Shown here: positions 63,101 through 64,000 of the stretch, in pieces
Numbering within the stretch: position 1 is the first letter of the stretch
Layout: each line of letters opens with the position of its first letter
Assembly (NCBI GenBank): GCA_035638075.1
Contig: DASRAU010000027.1
Location: 41,508-105,507, forward strand
Origin: Verrucomicrobiia bacterium
GTDB taxonomy: Bacteria > Acidobacteriota > Polarisedimenticolia > Gp22-AA2
Length of the DNA: 64,000 bases
Reading direction: 5' to 3'
Position numbers and translations under genes: made by a program
Notes under the pieces: model-generated
The model's input: only the letters and a program-made list of their open reading frames with translations
Told to the model about the DNA's origin: nothing
The model's database searches: none

Positions 63101-64000
63101 CTCAAGGCGTTGCTCGAGTCCCTTCGCCTCGGTTTCCGCCTGACTCTGCACCTTACCGGCCTCGACAGCCTGAAGCCGGCACTCGCGTGCTTCATCGCGG
63201 GTGGTCTTCTCGGCGCCACGTGCGTCCTCGGCCCTCTTTCGATGGCCTTGGGCCCGCCACGTCAACGCCGCCGCGAACCTGCGCGCCGCGCCCTCAAGTT
63301 CTGTGCGCAATGGCGCGTGTTCGCGCTCTCGTTCCTGCAGCAACCTGCGTTGGTCTTTAGCCTTCTCTTCGAACTGGAGGGCCCGGCGGAGTGGTACAGC
63401 AGCACTCCAAATCCGGGCGAGACGCTGGGCGTTGCGCCACTCGTCCTGGGCCTGTTCGTGCTCCTCTTGGAGACGGGCGAGTCGTAGCTCCGCGCCATGT
63501 TTCTTGAGTTGCGCGGCACGCCCCAACTTGCTCGCTGCCTGTCTCATCTGATCCTCGGCGGCGGTGGCATGACCAATTCGTGCCGCCTCGTTTCGGCGCG
63601 CCTCCTCGCCGAGTTCCTTCAGACGGATTCCCGCAAGCGCGTCGAGGGATCCGAGATCAGCGTGCACTTCGCCGAGCTGAACACGAAGCCCTTGGCGACG
63701 CTCGTGGATGCCGCCTAGCGTGGACACGCGCGCGATCAAGCCGCCAACGAGATTCTGCTCGGGAACAAGCTGCTCCTTGCGTTGTAGGAGCTCTCGCCTG
63801 AATGTGGTTATATTCTTACCGACCCTGTCACCGAGGGCGGGATCAAGCGCGAGTGCCAGCAGGAAGTCGATAAAGTCCTCGGCCTCTGGGAAACGGAATA
63901 GCTCATCCGCTCCACCCTCACGCTGATTCATCCTGACCTGATACGAGAACAGCTCTGGATCGATGCGGGCCGCCTCCAACACCTCCTGCCACTCGCGTTG
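60140..64000 (-). CDS. jetC: SMC-like coiled-coil ATPase, JetC-like (partial; N-terminal head outside window)
   Basis: The frame stays open to the window edge (..QREWQEVLEAARIDPE..). More than 1000 aa are heptad-rich coiled coil. The C-terminal head carries signature SSGGEQ and a Walker-B-like VLILDNP. Walker A is not visible. Confidence 0.6.
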   Translation of the reverse strand, partial: QREWQEVLEAARIDPELFSYQVRMNQREGGADELFRFPEAEDFIDFLLALALDPALGDRVGKNITTFRRELLQRKEQLVPEQNLVGGLIARVSTLGGIHERRQGLRVQLGEVHADLGSLDALAGIRLKELGEEARRNEAARIGHATAAEDQMRQAASKLGRAAQLKKHGAELRLARLQEEHEQAQDEWRNAQRLARIWSAAVPLRRALQFEEKAKDQRRLLQEREREHAPLRTELEGAARRFAAALTWRAQGHRKRAEDARGAEKTTRDEARECRLQAVEAGKVQSQAETEAKGLEQRLEAGETKRKQLVRERFLGPEESPDGGVIRWTTKASDHQSAVEHLDGEIARLDEALKSLDDALAGAGNVLSECQLQHQTLKDRFERATRDREAIERDAVTKAALELEAIDADRIGDDAVATLEQAARAAQRSVVETRLAVADDERSALHLEEHGLLPPSADAQHVVEFLSKRLGGQAWSGWSWIQTNVPKQEARAAVRKAPSLAQGVVVRPADLKRAAELLREAGLEPEGPVLIGDTDTLTRAPDLPGVVVGPKEWGWFDREVAQVRLTELRVRLDEYRQRIHSTEAQHRDLTRAAETLRSFRARYPMSWFENTSREVQGAYQREEEARSRQHELQEERDQKTAKRKQLENERRNQERDLEAARNAVRLISALVEEYIRPGLKWHADLEVTRIRAKKAADESKQWLDLADTADNRAKDASEVAQKEAEEARPIEAERSEIEYVEGEIVAEPGPLDEFRARYRLIRGQYEGKVGADALLALAKQNDDNGRDERARLAKLLSAEITEDIVRGYIAGLAEPDTVEQLRQEAEAKTSSLQGRMGNLKGRIEPAMLSLQQAEEACKAFIMLPPLPRPPSTPELAEAEAAALDGEAKLHHNCAESEQAQANEAKENAEQVRQRAADIGRHAERLRSLRDHYADLLADGIQPAGPSLPATLEESMLPSRLKKLGDWLRKARVDWQSMDSERGTAVAALRTFAGGTEFERLDTPWVRRLQEHDDPALENASVQLGAQLELRRSVLEEQISGIDRHRTVLVDELHAVAEDGMKLLRQASGLSKLPDHVPGVGGAYFLRIQTQEPEDPSEKRARLAELIDELLDGKQDLGGVGLVQAAVRRLARPVQVRVLHPDPALDRRTVSIPEMARSSGGEQLTGAILLYCTLARVRGRARGLSRRASSVLILDNPIGRASRVRFLELQRDVARAMGVQLIYTTGVNDHEALRALPNVIRLRNERVDRNTGRRLVEYAPDEARVIEAVRIGRRENAPAAVRGSVEH

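Overview
High-GC (hand-counted core lines about 70-77% G+C) bacterial chromosome segment. It is probably Acidobacteriota, an inference from a VWA protein of the 'VWFA-related Acidobacterial domain' type and the general gene repertoire. Positions 1-49 kb are densely packed and mostly ordinary. They hold housekeeping and central-carbon genes (proS, rmlA/rmlB, aceA/aceB, ndk, sucD/sucC, mdh, icd). They also hold a large envelope and LPS-remodelling cluster: two ArnT-like GT39/GT83 transferases, a PAP2 phosphatase, GT1 and GT2 enzymes, a LAB_N protein, an ICMT-like methyltransferase, an MsbA-like exporter and two paralogous Kdo/WaaP-type kinases. Also present are cell-wall enzymes (PBP1A, PBP4), two GGDEF proteins, and several secreted or lipoprotein genes. 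Many neighbouring genes overlap by 4 nt (ATGA/GTGA), which suggests translational coupling. The long alternative-frame ORFs in the track are high-GC artefacts. The most interesting locus is at 49.0-55.5 kb. An 1822-aa Ser/Thr-kinase / STAND-ATPase / TPR / GAF / sigma-54-activator fusion protein is followed by an AT-rich regulatory region with a well-spaced -24/-12 (sigma-54) promoter candidate. Downstream lie two tandemly duplicated genes for small secreted peptides with a strictly conserved helical core and a C-terminal two-Cys motif, closed by a strong intrinsic terminator. From about 54.5 kb to the window end, G+C content and codon usage shift in an accessory-like way. That region holds a UbiD-family decarboxylase, two orphan genes, a cluster of GTTCGAAC palindromes and a Wadjet-like jetC/jetD pair. 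jetC runs off the window, and jetA/jetB are not visible. No rRNA, tRNA, CRISPR array, transposase or integrase could be supported.
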